DNA of 64,000 bases from positions 3,744,001 to 3,808,000 of the forward strand of contig CM000150.2 of the NCBI GenBank assembly GCA_000004695.1. Reading direction: 5' to 3'. Under the pieces are notes generated by a model that had not been told where the DNA came from, did no database searches, and worked only from the letters and a program-made list of their open reading frames with translations. Positions 45,220-57,076 of this stretch are shown here, piece by piece. Every line of letters starts with the position of its first letter. Positions within the stretch are counted from its first letter, which is position 1. The DNA is from Dictyostelium discoideum (lineage: Eukaryota). The position numbers were made by a program, and so were the translations under genes.

Positions 45220-46079
45220 TTTTAATTATTTATTATAATTATTTATAGTTACTTGGGTAAATTTTATATTTTTTGATAGATTTTTTTTTTTTTTTTCAAT
45301 TAATTTATTATTAACTAAATTTTTAAATATATATATATATATATATATTTTTAATTTAGACTTGTTTTAATAGTTGTTGGATCAGTTTGTATAAGTTTTT
45401 TTTCAAATTTTAAAGAGTTTACCAAAGAATCAGGATATAAGAATGCATTATCGAATCTTACAACCAGTGCACCAACTGGTGTTTTAGTTATTGGTATATT
45501 TTTCATTTTATTAACACTTGTTGGTTGCTTTGTAGCATATAAAGAGAAATTGGTTGGTTTGGTTTTATATACAATGTTAATGCTAATTTTATTGGTTGTA
45601 TTAATTGGTATTGGTGGTAAAGCTTTAACATTAGATAAAGAGGATGCTGTATCTATTATTGGTACATCATGGGTACAAATTTCAAACTCTTTAAAGAATT
45701 CCACAATTACAAAATTGGAAGATTTTTTAGAATGTTGTTGTTGGTCCGAATCTTATTCCAATCAAACCTATAAAGACCTTTGTCCAAAAGATGATGATGG
45801 AAATATTAAATATGAAGATACCTATTGCGAAGGTATCTTTACTAAACAAGTTTCAAGTAAATTAGTTTTAGGTATTTATCATTCTATTTTTATTACTATT
45901 ATTGTGTTGAATATTTTTTTATTATTTTTTTTTTTGAAAATACTAATTTATTTAATATTTTAGTTGGTATTGCTGGTGTAGTTATTGGATGTATTGAATT
46001 TGTTGCAATGGCATTATCACTCTTTTTAATCATTCGTATTTGTCGTTCTCCACGTAGTAGAGCCTATGATCAATATTAA
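45005..46079 (+). CDS. tetraspanin family protein (paralogue 1); exons 45005..45085, about 45360/45361..45871, 45964..46079
   Basis: Exon 1 MVNTRDFLPKTTHYLKVPIIGLNAILW then GTAAGT. Exon 2 LVLIVVGSVCISFFSNFKEF...CCCWSE...DLCPKDDDG...KLVL-g|GTATTT. Exon 3 VGIAGVVIGCIEFVAMALSLFLIIRICRSPRSRAYDQY*. The exon 1/2 junction does not restore the frame with the only canonical AG (45358-59), which is 1 nt out of phase; see findings. Confidence 0.65.
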
Positions 46080-46952
46080 TAAAAGTAAAACTATTTATTT
46101 TTCTATTTTACAAATTGTCATCTCCAATTTTTATGCTTGGTTGGTAAAAAAAAAAAAAAAAAATAAACAAAATAAAAAGTTATTGTAAACACAAAAAAAA
46201 AAAAAAACTAAAAAAAAAAAAAAAAAAAAAAAAAAAAGTGATTTCACCAGGGATTATTAGGAAAAATTTAATTTTAATTTTTATATTTTTTTTTTTGGGT
46301 TTACAATAACTTTTTAAAATAAATTCTTAGGTAATATATTTTTTTTTTTTATAATTATTAACATATGTTATCTTCTTTTTTATTTTTTATTTTTTAATTA
46401 TTTTCAATAGTGATGTTTATAAATAAACAAAGAAATAATGGGAAACTCTAACAAGCCTTTGAGTGATTAGATTTTCAATCATTTCCTCTTCCATAATCCA
46501 ATGTATTTATATATTAATATCTAAAATTGGAGCTTGGTTATTTAACCCACCTCTTCTATTAAAAATTATTTAAATAAAGTTAAAACTCATTAATTTTATT
46601 TTATTTTATTTTGAAAAAAAAAAAAAAAAAAAAAAAAAAAACATTACCCTGTCCTTGCATTTGTTTTAATTTTTAAAATAAATATAGAAGGGAATAAAAT
46701 ATTGTTATTATTATTAATTAAACTAAATAAATAATTAATTTTTTAGTTTCCAAAAAATTTATTTGTTTTTCAAATTTTTTTTTTTAAAAAAAAAAAAAAT
46801 AAAAATAAAAAAAAATAAAAATTAAAAGATAGGGATATTGATTTTTTTTCCTCTCAGTTGGTGTGGTGATATTAAATAATAAAATTCAATGTGTAGTAGA
46901 AAGAAAGATATTTTATATATTGTTAAAGAATGTAATTATAATTTATTTTGTT

Positions 46953-46992
<40 letters not shown>

Positions 46993-47041
46993 TAAATTGA
47001 TTTGTTGGAATTTGAAAAAAAGGAATTGAAAATAATACTAT

Positions 47042-48432
47042 CTAAATAATTTTAAATCTTTCAGGTCTGTAAATAATGGTTTGATAAACTAAAATTCTAA
47101 CTATGTAGTGTATTGTTAATTGTAAGATATCACCATCATCACTTGATATACTAAAATTTTGAGTTAGCATAAATAAAAGGTTATTTTTCAAAAATTTAAA
47201 ATCATCAAATTCCCTATTTAAATCCAATACATAGTTCCCTATTTGTATTTGAAAAGGAAGATATTTTTTGAGAGTTTTAAAGGGTTCTAAACACTTTTTA
47301 ACAAGCTCATCCTCCTCATTCATAGGCATTGTTTCTGGTATTTTTTTTGAAAACGCCAAACAGAAAAATTGACTTTCATAATTGAATGGGTTTTCCACAA
47401 AATTTACAATAAATTTTAAACCAAACTTTTTGAAACTATCAATTATTTCATCTGAATCGATTGCCTTTTTAAAATTTGAAAATGGGATTGAAGGTGTTTC
47501 ATTAAACCACGATGCTTTGAGTAGATTTTTAGATTTTGGTCTGAGGCTTTGATCATAATTTAGAGCCAGTTTTAATACATCTTGACATTCTTGAGTTAAA
47601 TTATTGGGGATTGGGGGCGAACGACTTTGATTATTTCTTTGACCTCTCCATGGATCACTGCCAACAATCATCTCTAAAACGGTACACCCAAAACTCCAAA
47701 TATCACATTTTCTACTAAAATTTGAATTGTCTTTTTCTAAAATCTCTGGGGGTGCCCACAATGGTGTCCCACAAGCAGTTCTGAAATTGGTGTCGTTATT
47801 GATTGCTTTATATGATAAACCAAAATCTCCTAATATTGGCTCACCATTATCACTCAAATATATATTACCACCTTTGATATCTCTATGAATAATTGGTGGT
47901 TTTAATGAATGTATATAAACAATTGCTTTTAATATCGATATTGAAATCATTCTTGCCTTTGATTCACTTAATGCTGATATTTTAACAGTATCTGCGATTG
48001 AACCTTTTTTATAAAAAGGTGTCGCGATGTAATAATAATCTTTATCTTTATGATATCCAATTATTTTTAAAATATTTGGGTGATTTATTGAATAAAGAAT
48101 ATTGATTTCATTTACAATCTATATTTTTTTATTTTAAAAAAAAAATCAAAAGGTTAATATTTTGATCATAAGATTCCAATATTATATATATCTTACCTTT
48201 TCTTCTTTTAATACTGAAACATTAATTTTTTTAATAGCAATAAATTCGTTTGGTTTTGCTTTATCTCTATACTTTCCAACAGTACTGAAACTTCCTCTTC
48301 CAATATCTTCAATATATTCAAATTGATTAGTATCAAAAACTGGTGCTTTTGTAAATAACTTATTGCATTCTGAAAAATTCTCTAAAGAAAGTTTAATAGC
48401 CATTTGGAGGTCTCTATCTTTGTCACTATAAA

Positions 48433-48496
<64 letters not shown>

Positions 48497-48819
48497 ATTA
48501 TTATTATTATTACTATTATTTAATTCAACTTCATTCTTTTTATAATTTGTTGAATCTGTTTTAATTCTCTTATTACTATTATGATGATTGCTGACAAAAT
48601 TATTATTTTTTAATTTTTTAAAAAGATTTTTAAAGGATAAACAATCATTAATCCAATTTGTAATAATATTGCGTTGTCGATAAATTCCAAATGATCACCT
48701 GTGATTTTATTTTGATTAAACTTTTCAATAATAGCTATACTGAAATTATTATTAGAAAGCCATTTACAAACAGAGTCAATGTCCCATTCTTCATAATTTT
48801 CACATAACACAAATGACAT
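47042..48819 (-). CDS. SAM-domain protein kinase paralogue D (catalytic motifs intact) with an apparent 1-bp frameshift in the SAM domain; exons 48819..48197 (frameshift near 48645-48652), 48118..47042
   Basis: N-terminal MSFVLCENYEEWDIDSVCKWLSNNNFSIAIIEKFNQNKITGDHLEFIDNAILLQIGL, which then continues in the +2 frame as INDCLSFKNLF...poly-N...IGRGSFSTVGKYRDKAKPNEFIAIKKI...LKEEK|GTAAGA. Exon 2 IVNEINILYSINHPN...HRDIKGGN...DFGLSY...WAPPE... and a conserved C-terminus ...LVYQTIIYRPERFKII*. Confidence 0.6.
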
Positions 48820-49499
48820 GTTATTTATGTAAGATTCAAACCTGCTTTGACATCAAACATTGATCCATGTTTTGTTGATAGATTAATATAACTAATAACA
48901 ATAGTATTATATAAAATGAAAATTATTAAAAAATAAAAATGGTGTTTTTATAAGAAAAAATTTGGATTGTAGTTAATTTTTTAAAAAAAAAAACACCAAA
49001 ATATCTCAACACAGACTTAAGATTTTAAGTATGTGTTGTGGTTTTTTTTTTTTTTAAATTTTGAAAATCTTGATATTTTATATCTTGTTTTTTAAAGAAA
49101 AAAAATGGTGTTTTTTAAAAAAAAAAAAAAAATGTAATTTTACCATCATCCCCAAAAAGCTTCTCTAATAATTTAATAAGTTCAGATAATGGTGTGGACA
49201 TTTGATGAGGATAATTATAATAATAAAATTAATTTTGAATAAATTAACTTTGAATTAAATAATTAGTGATTTATATTTTTGATAAAACAAAATATATATT
49301 ACTTGAAATTTAAAAAATTGAGTCATTCTGTTATTTTTTAAGTCAGTTTCTTAATATTTTAAGCTTAAAGATTTAATTATTTGTTTTCCCGCACCTAACC
49401 AATTTTTTTTTTTTTTTATTTGGATTTAATTTTTAATTTTTAAAAAGGTTTATTATGTACGCGTGATATACAGCAACTTCCAGAATTGGTCGATTGCTT

Positions 49500-49619
49500 C
49501 AATTCCTTGTAGATTGGTGATATTTTTGTTACAATTAAAAAGGACAAGAACAATGTGAAAACTTTTAATTATTTTTTTATTTTCTAAATTTGTTTTTTTT
49601 TTTTTTTTTTTTATTTATT

Positions 49620-49659
<40 letters not shown>

Positions 49660-50600
49660 TATTTATTTATTTTTTTAAAAAATTAAGGTTGATGTGAAAA
49701 TATTGCAAAAAAAGATTCATAAAATGAGATAAATGATCACCCTCAATAAGATTGTTCACCAAATTGAAGCTAAAAAAATTGTTTATCCCACACCCACCCT
49801 ATTTTTTTTTTTTTTTTTTTTTTTTTTTTATTTGTAAAAAGTTGAATTAACAATTTAATCAAATGATATTTATTACTTATAAATATTGATGATACAAACT
49901 TATTCCAACTATGAATGATGATTGCTGAATTAAACTATTACTATATATATTAATTTGATGGATTTTGGTTACCCAATCATGTTTCCTGTATTTTACATTG
50001 ATTGCCAAAGGCTTTAGAACAAAATTGAGTGTCGAAGCAGCCCAATATAACCTAGAATATCCATTTATTGAAGTTGAGTGTCGAAGCGGCCCAATGTAAC
50101 CGAGATAATCCATTTATCGAAGATGAGATTGAGGGTTTTTTTTTTTTTTTTTTTTAATTATTAAAAACAACTAAAACCATTTAACCAAAATAAATTAAAG
50201 ATATTCTTACAATAAAAAAAGGCAATATGAAACTTTTATATTATTTATTTCCTAAATTTGTTTTTTTTTTTTATTTTTTTTTATTTTTTTTTTTTTTTAT
50301 TTATTTATTTAAAGCTAAAAAAAGATTCAAATACTGAGACATTTCATATGACACAATAAGATTGTTTATCAATCTGAAGTTATAATCATTGTTTATGTGG
50401 TATATTGAACACCTATATAGTTTCATTTAATACATCCCAATATTGTATCTTCTTTTTTTTTTTTTTAAAGAGTACCCATTAATGATGATTGTTCAATTAA
50501 ACTATTACTATTATTATTATTACTATTATTCTACTTGAATATAATCTCTTTATCCATCATTTTGAAAAATAATATTATTATTTAATTGAAATTCATTTTA
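49500..50600. repeat. diverged tandem segmental duplication (about 49500-50130 and 50190-50600) containing a (CTTT)11 microsatellite (49621-49664) and a 48-bp perfect-ish direct repeat (50029-50076 / 50077-50124)
   Basis: Collinear blocks: acaattaaaaaggacaagaacaatgtgaaaac.../acaataaaaaaaggcaatatgaaac...; attcataaaatgagataaatgatcaccctcaataagattgtt.../attcaaatactgagacatttcatatgacacaataagattgtt...; ...gaatgatgattgctgaattaaactattactat/...taatgatgattgttcaattaaactattactat. Also gagtgtcgaagc(a/g)gcccaat(a/g)taacc(t/g)aga(a/t)atccatttat(t/c)gaag twice. Confidence 0.6.
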
Positions 50601-50653
50601 TTATAATTGTTTGTCTTAATTTTTTTTGTAAAAAATTGTTATTATTATTACTA

Positions 50654-50723
<70 letters not shown>

Positions 50724-51203
50724 ATTATATAATTGTTAATCATTGAGCACATATAGAAAAAATAAAAATAAAAATAAAAATAAAAATAAAAATAAAAATA
50801 AAAAAAATTATTTATCTAGTTTATTTTTTATTTTTTAATTTTTTAATTTTTTTTCTTTTTTTTTTTTTTTTTAAAAACTTTAAAGGCATTAAAAATCTGA
50901 GGTTACCTGTTAATAGATTCACATTTTGGTGCCAGACCAGCAATATTTAATTTAATTTTTTTAATTTAAATTTTTTTTTTTTATTTTATTTTTTTTTTTT
51001 TTTTTTATTTATTTTTTTTTTCACGAGAAAAAAAAAAAAAAAAAAAAATTAAAAATAAAAAATTAAATTGTTTTTTTTTTTCCAACACACACACATAACC
51101 AATCATACTATTGTTATAATATCTTTTTTTTTTTTTATAGTTCTATAAATAAACACACACATATAATTTTAAATTCTTTTTATAAACATATATTTTTAAA
51201 AAC

Positions 51204-52160
51204 ATGGTAGATACATCAAATCTTTTACCACAAACACCAAGACTTTTAAAAGTCCCATTAATTATTTTAAATATTATCCTTTGGGTATGTATTTTAATTT
51301 TTTTTTTTTTTTTTTTTTAAAACAAAAACTAAAAATAAAAAAAAAAAAAAAGATAATTGCAATATTAAAAAATAAATAAATAAATAAAAAAAATAAAATA
51401 AAAAAATATATTTTAATTAATAATATCTTAAAAAAAAAAAAAAAAAAATCTTTAGATTCTTGGTTTAGTTTTAGTTATTGTTGGTGGTATTTGTGTTAGC
51501 TTTTTATCAAATTTCAAAGATTTCACAAAAGCCAGTGATGCTAAATCAGCTCTTTCAAATCTTACAACCAGTATTCCAGCTGGTGTTTTAGTTATTGGTA
51601 TCCTCTTTGTAATTTTCACTGTTGTTGGTTGTTTCGTTGCGTAAGTATACCAATAATAATAAATTATTATTATTATTATTATTATTTATTTTTATTAACA
51701 TTTTATAAAATAATATAGTTACAAAGAGAAATTAGTTGGTTTAGTAATCTATTGTGCAGTAATGTTAATTTTATTAGTTATTTTAATTGGTGTTGGTGGT
51801 AAAGCTATAACATTACACAATGATGATATCATTAATGAAGTTGGTGGTGCTTGGGAACATGTTGCCAATGGTACAAAGAATAGCACCCTCACTCGTCTCG
51901 AAAATTTCTTAAAATGTTGTAAATGGTCAAACGTCTCAATAGACTCTTCAGATTTATGTCCAAAAGATGGTGATAAAATTAAATATGAAGGTCACTATTG
52001 TGGTGAAGCTTTAAGTGACCAATTCAGTTCAAAAATCTATGCTGTTGGTGCTGCTGGTTTAGCCATTGGTATCATTGAACTCGTTGCCATCCTTTTCTCA
52101 TTATTCTTAATTATTCGTATTTGTCGTTCACCAAGAACTCGTTCATATGATCAATATTAA
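51204..52160 (+). CDS. tetraspanin family protein (paralogue 2); exons 51204..51284, 51456..51640, 51719..52160
   Basis: MVDTSNLLPQTPRLLKVPLIILNIILW|GTATGT; ILGLVLVIVGGICVSFLSNFKDF...VVGCFVA(gc|GTAAGT); t+ YKEKLVGLVIYCAVML...KCCKW...DLCPKDGDK...IRICRSPRTRSYDQY*. All phases verified. Confidence 0.8.
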
Positions 52161-52606
52161 ATAAATAAATAAAACAAAATAAATAAATAATAGTAATAAA
52201 ATCAAAAATTTAAAAATATCAACAAAATTAATTTTTTTTTTTTTTTTTTTTTCTAAAAATAGAAAAAAATAAATAAATAAAAAATTTAAAAAAATAAAAA
52301 AAAAATACAAATATGCATCAAAACTGTTTAATTCTCTTTTTTTTTTTTTTTTTATTTATTTTTTATGAGAACCAAAACCTTGTTTTTTGATTTTTTTTTT
52401 TTCAGCCTGTGGTTTCGATTTCTTTAAATAAACGTTTATTTTTTTTAATTTTTTTTTTTTTTTTTTTTAATTTTTTTTATTTTTTAATTTTTTTTTTTTA
52501 TTCACACTGTTTTTTTACATGTGAAACTATTGACCACAAATATTTAAAAAAAAAAAAAAAAAAATTAAAAACTATAATAAAATTGTAATATATATATAAA
52601 TAAAAT

Positions 52607-52891
52607 ATGGTAGAATATCTTCCTTCAACTCCACGTTATTTAAAAGGTATGATTATTATTATTTTATTTTTTTTGATTGTTTTTTTAATTGATTGTTTTT
52701 TTTTTTTTTTTTTTTTTTTTTAATCACCTTTTTCTATTTTATTCTACTAATTTAAGAAAAATTTTATAATTTACTAATTTATTCCAATTTATATATATAT
52801 GTATATATAAAGTTCCATTAATAATATTAAATGTCATTCTTTGGGTAAAGTTTTTCCTGTTTTTTTAACACCATCATACCAGGGGCAAAAA

Positions 52892-52930
<39 letters not shown>

Positions 52931-53645
52931 TTAAAGATTTTAATTTATGAATATAATAATAAATTTTATTATTATTAATTATTAATTATAAATTATTATT
53001 ATTATTATTATTATTATTATTTAGTTATTAGGATTAGTACTTGTTATTATTGGTGGAATTTGTGTTGGATTTTTTTCAAGATTTAAAGAGTTACAAGAAG
53101 TAGGAGGAGTTTCAGAATCAATAAAGAGTATATCGGTATCATTACCAGCTGGTGTATTAAGTATTGGTATATTCTTTATGGTATTAACAGTAGCAGGATG
53201 TATCGTAGCTTATAAAGAGAAAATGGTAGGATTGGTATTCTACACAATATTGATGTTGGTTTTATTAGTTGTTTTAATTGGTATTGGTGGTGAAGCATTA
53301 ACTTACCATAATGCTGATATCGGTATTGAAATCGAAGATAATTGGAAAAACATCTCATATTCAAATCAAAGTGTTGTAATTAAAAAATTGGAACAATTCT
53401 TTGAATGTTGTTGTTTTGATGAAAGTGATCTAAAATTAAATTGTACTGCATTATGTCCACAAGATGATCAAAAAAATATATTATATAATGGTACTTTTTG
53501 TTATGATGTAATATTTGGTGCTGTAAATTCGAAATTGTATTTAGTTGGTAGTGCTGGTGTTGCAATTGGTGTGATTGAATTGGTTTCATTAATGTTTGCT
53601 TTATTTTTAATTGTTAGATTATATAAATCAAATTCTTATAGATAA
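52607..53645 (+). CDS. tetraspanin family protein (paralogue 3); exons 52607..52646, 52813..52844, 53025..53645
   Basis: MVEYLPSTPRYLK(g|GTATGA); tt+ PLIILNVILW|GTAAAG; LLGLVLVIIGGICVGFFSRFKE...ECCCFDE...ALCPQDDQ...VRLYKSNSYR*. Phases verified. Lies directly downstream of paralogue 2. Confidence 0.8.
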
Positions 53646-53961
53646 TAATAAATAATAAATAAAATAATAATAATAAATAAAATAATAAATAATAATAAAT
53701 AACAATTAATTAAAAATATTAAATAAAAATAAAATATTCATAATTTGAATATTTCTTTTTTTTTTTTTCACCCCCTCCCCTAAACTCTTAAAATTTCATA
53801 TGTTTTTCTCATAATTTTTTTTTTTTATTTTTTTTATTTTTTTTATTGATAATTTTCATTTTTTTTTTTTTTTTTTTCTTTTTATTTTCATCATTTTTTT
53901 AGTATTTTAAAAAACAAATAATAATAATAATAATAATATATAAATAATAGAAAAAAAAAAA

Positions 53962-56493
53962 ATGAATATAATTACAACATTAGGTAATAATAATAGTAAT
54001 AATAATAAAAATAATGATAAACCAATGTCATATGAAGAGATTGAAAAATGGACAATTGAAAAGATGGATAAAATGTTGGGAGTTGATTCAAAGGAGATGG
54101 CAAAATATGTACTTTCAATGGATACAAATTCAGAGATTGAAAATTATTTAGCAGATGTTTTAGGTAATACAAAAAAAGTTCAAACATTTATTGAACAATT
54201 AATTAAAAAAATTAATTCATTACCAAGAAGAGTTTCAACAATTAAAGTTTATAAACCACAATCAAATCAAATGAATAATATTAAAAATAAAAAAAATACA
54301 ACCACAACCACAACCACAACCACTACAACTACTACTAATAAACCAACAAAACAACAAATTAGATCATTTAAAGAGATTGAAATTGAAATGAAACCAGGTG
54401 AACCATGTGATTGTCAAGCAACAAGACATAAACTATTAACCAATTGTTTAAATTGTGGTAAAATTATGTGTGAACAAGATGCAGGGTTATCAAAGAAATG
54501 TAGTTTTTGTTCAACACCATTATTTACAAATCCAATTAATTTATCAACACAACAACAACAATTGGTTGAAAAAAATTTAACAAATGCAGTTGAATATAAA
54601 GATAGAATTTTAGGTTATCAAAATACTCATGCTAAACGTACAATGGTTTATGATGATCAAGAGGATTATTTCTCAAATTCTACAAACAAATGGTTAACTG
54701 AAGAGGAAAGAAAAAAAGTTTTACAACAAGAACAAGAATTTAAACAAAAACAAGAAGATTATAAAAAAACTACTAGAATTTCAATCGATTTTCAAGGTAG
54801 AAGAATTATTACTGCACCAATTGATAAAAAATTATTTGAATTTGAAAAATTATCATTTCAAGATAAAAATAAATCACAACAACAACAACAACAAGATGAA
54901 TATAAATCAATTCAAGATTTTAAAAGTAGAAATGCTGAAATTGATAATAATCTTGGTAAAGATGTTAAATATACAAATTCAAAACAAATTAATAATAATA
55001 ATAATAATGATGATGGTAATGATAATAAAAAGATATCGGATCAAAGTGGTAAAATTATATTAGGTAGTGGTGGTGATGATTTAATTACAAAACAATATTA
55101 TGGCGTTGAAGAAGATATTGTTGTTTTTAATTCAAAAGAAGTTTTATCAAATGTAAATCTAAAATATAGAGGTATTATGGAAGGTTTATGGTATGATCAT
55201 ACTGGTTCAATTAAAAAGAGATTACCAAATTTATCAATTTATAAAAATTATATTCAAAATTTAAAAGATAATTCTTGTAATTTCATTTCAATTTCACCAC
55301 AAAATTATAGTAATCAAGAATTTCAATTTATTGGTTTAAATAGTATTGAAAATTCAAATTCAAATAGTTTAATATTACCAAATCAAATTAAAGAATTTTT
55401 AAAACAATTAATTGATTTTACAAATAAAAAAGATTTAAATAATTCAAATAATTCTATTAAAATTAATATATCAATATTAATACCAAGAGAATTTGAATTT
55501 TCAAATGAAAATAATTTTAAATTGTTAAAGAGTATAATTGAAATGTATGTTATGGTTGGAATTAAATCATTTAGTTTAATATTACCAAGTGGTTGGAATG
55601 ATTCATTTACGTTACCAATTTGTGCACCAAATTCAACAAAGAGTGAAGTTAACAATTCAAAAACTTATTCACAAACCCAAACCGCTTTCTTGACTCAATT
55701 GTATAAACATTATAAAAACAATATCGAATTTATAATTTGTCCATCAATGTTTGAATTGAATTTATCTTCTGGTACACCACCACCATCACGTCAACAAATT
55801 GAATATTGGTTAGAGATTAATAAATCAACACCTCAATCTTATCCAATTCTATTCACAACTTTATCAGGTTCTTTACAAAATTCAACTTTATCAAAAATTA
55901 AAAATATTTTTGATAAAAGAGATTTAATTGTAATTGAAAAATATCCTTATAAAAATAAACAAGTTCAAGCTCAACAAAAATCAATCATTTTACCAATTCA
56001 ATGGGATCCATATCATTGTTCATTTGATGATTATAAATCATTTTTATGTGGTGTTTTAGCTTCACCGTTTGATTCAGAGTTTTATTTAGATGATTTAACA
56101 ACAATGATAACTTTATGTACAACTTTTATTCAATATTTGAAATCACCTTTCAATTATCAAAGTGAATTAAGTTTACGTGCTACACTTGTTAACTTTACTG
56201 ATGGTAATGAAGAGGTTGCTGATTGTTTAGCAAATTTAATTTTAGCACTTTCAAATGGTGTTTTCGATCAAATTAATTCAATAGTTTTAACAAATCAATT
56301 AGAAAGACAACAACAACAACAAACTGATAATATCATTAAAAAAGATTCAATTGATCCAAGAGATAGAATCTTTTTTGAAAATCTTATTAATTATTCAAAT
56401 TTAGTTTTAGATTGTTTCAATAATTTACCTCATGACCCATTATTTGATTATTTAAATTTAATTAAAAAAACTTTATTAAATTATTTAGATTAA
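53962..56493 (+). CDS. zinc-finger protein with a TRIP4/ASC-1-type zf-C2HC5 domain and a long unrelated C-terminal region (no ASCH domain recognisable)
   Basis: PGEPCDCQATRHKLLTNCLNCGKIMCEQDAGLSKKCSFCSTPLF matches the C-x-C-x-A/T-x-H-x(3)-N-C-x(2)-C-G-x-I-x-C-x(n)-C-x-F-C pattern of ASC-1. An 843-aa single ORF with poly-T/N/Q tracts. Confidence 0.6.
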   Translation: MNIITTLGNNNSNNNKNNDKPMSYEEIEKWTIEKMDKMLGVDSKEMAKYVLSMDTNSEIENYLADVLGNTKKVQTFIEQLIKKINSLPRRVSTIKVYKPQSNQMNNIKNKKNTTTTTTTTTTTTTNKPTKQQIRSFKEIEIEMKPGEPCDCQATRHKLLTNCLNCGKIMCEQDAGLSKKCSFCSTPLFTNPINLSTQQQQLVEKNLTNAVEYKDRILGYQNTHAKRTMVYDDQEDYFSNSTNKWLTEEERKKVLQQEQEFKQKQEDYKKTTRISIDFQGRRIITAPIDKKLFEFEKLSFQDKNKSQQQQQQDEYKSIQDFKSRNAEIDNNLGKDVKYTNSKQINNNNNNDDGNDNKKISDQSGKIILGSGGDDLITKQYYGVEEDIVVFNSKEVLSNVNLKYRGIMEGLWYDHTGSIKKRLPNLSIYKNYIQNLKDNSCNFISISPQNYSNQEFQFIGLNSIENSNSNSLILPNQIKEFLKQLIDFTNKKDLNNSNNSIKINISILIPREFEFSNENNFKLLKSIIEMYVMVGIKSFSLILPSGWNDSFTLPICAPNSTKSEVNNSKTYSQTQTAFLTQLYKHYKNNIEFIICPSMFELNLSSGTPPPSRQQIEYWLEINKSTPQSYPILFTTLSGSLQNSTLSKIKNIFDKRDLIVIEKYPYKNKQVQAQQKSIILPIQWDPYHCSFDDYKSFLCGVLASPFDSEFYLDDLTTMITLCTTFIQYLKSPFNYQSELSLRATLVNFTDGNEEVADCLANLILALSNGVFDQINSIVLTNQLERQQQQQTDNIIKKDSIDPRDRIFFENLINYSNLVLDCFNNLPHDPLFDYLNLIKKTLLNYLD

Positions 56494-56955
56494 ATAAATG
56501 AAAAAATAATTATTTATTAAAAATAATTTAAAAATAGTTTTTTTTTTTTTTTTAAAAAATTTAATTAATATGTAAAGAAAAAATAATAAAAATAAAATAA
56601 AAAATAAAAATAAAAACAATACTTATGTGTTTTTTTTTTTTTTTTTTTTTCATAAAAATATTATTTGTAGTTTGAAACAATACCACTAATTCAATGGAAA
56701 TATTTGTAAAATTTGGAAATTATAATAATTATTTTTTATTTTTTTTATTTTTTTTATTGTAATGAATTGGTGGGCATTTATTATGATTATTTTATTTAAT
56801 ATTTTCATATTGATTTTTTTTTTTTTTTTTTTATCATTATAATTTCTTTTTTTTAATTTTTTAATTTTTTCCTTTTCTGACAAAATTTAAATAAAATCTA
56901 AAAAAAAAAAAAAAATAAAAAAATAAAAAAAAAAAAAAGAAAGAAACTACCGATT

Positions 56956-56992
<37 letters not shown>

Positions 56993-57076
56993 TTTTTATT
57001 AAATAAATTATATCACTTGAACATAATAATAATAAAAATAATTTCTTATCTTTTTTAAAAAAAAAAAAAAAAAAAA

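Noticed and set aside
49877-50113. Minus-strand 78-aa ORF within the segmental duplication
   Set aside because: It spans the 48-bp tandem repeat, has no support from paralogous copies, and is likely fortuitous.
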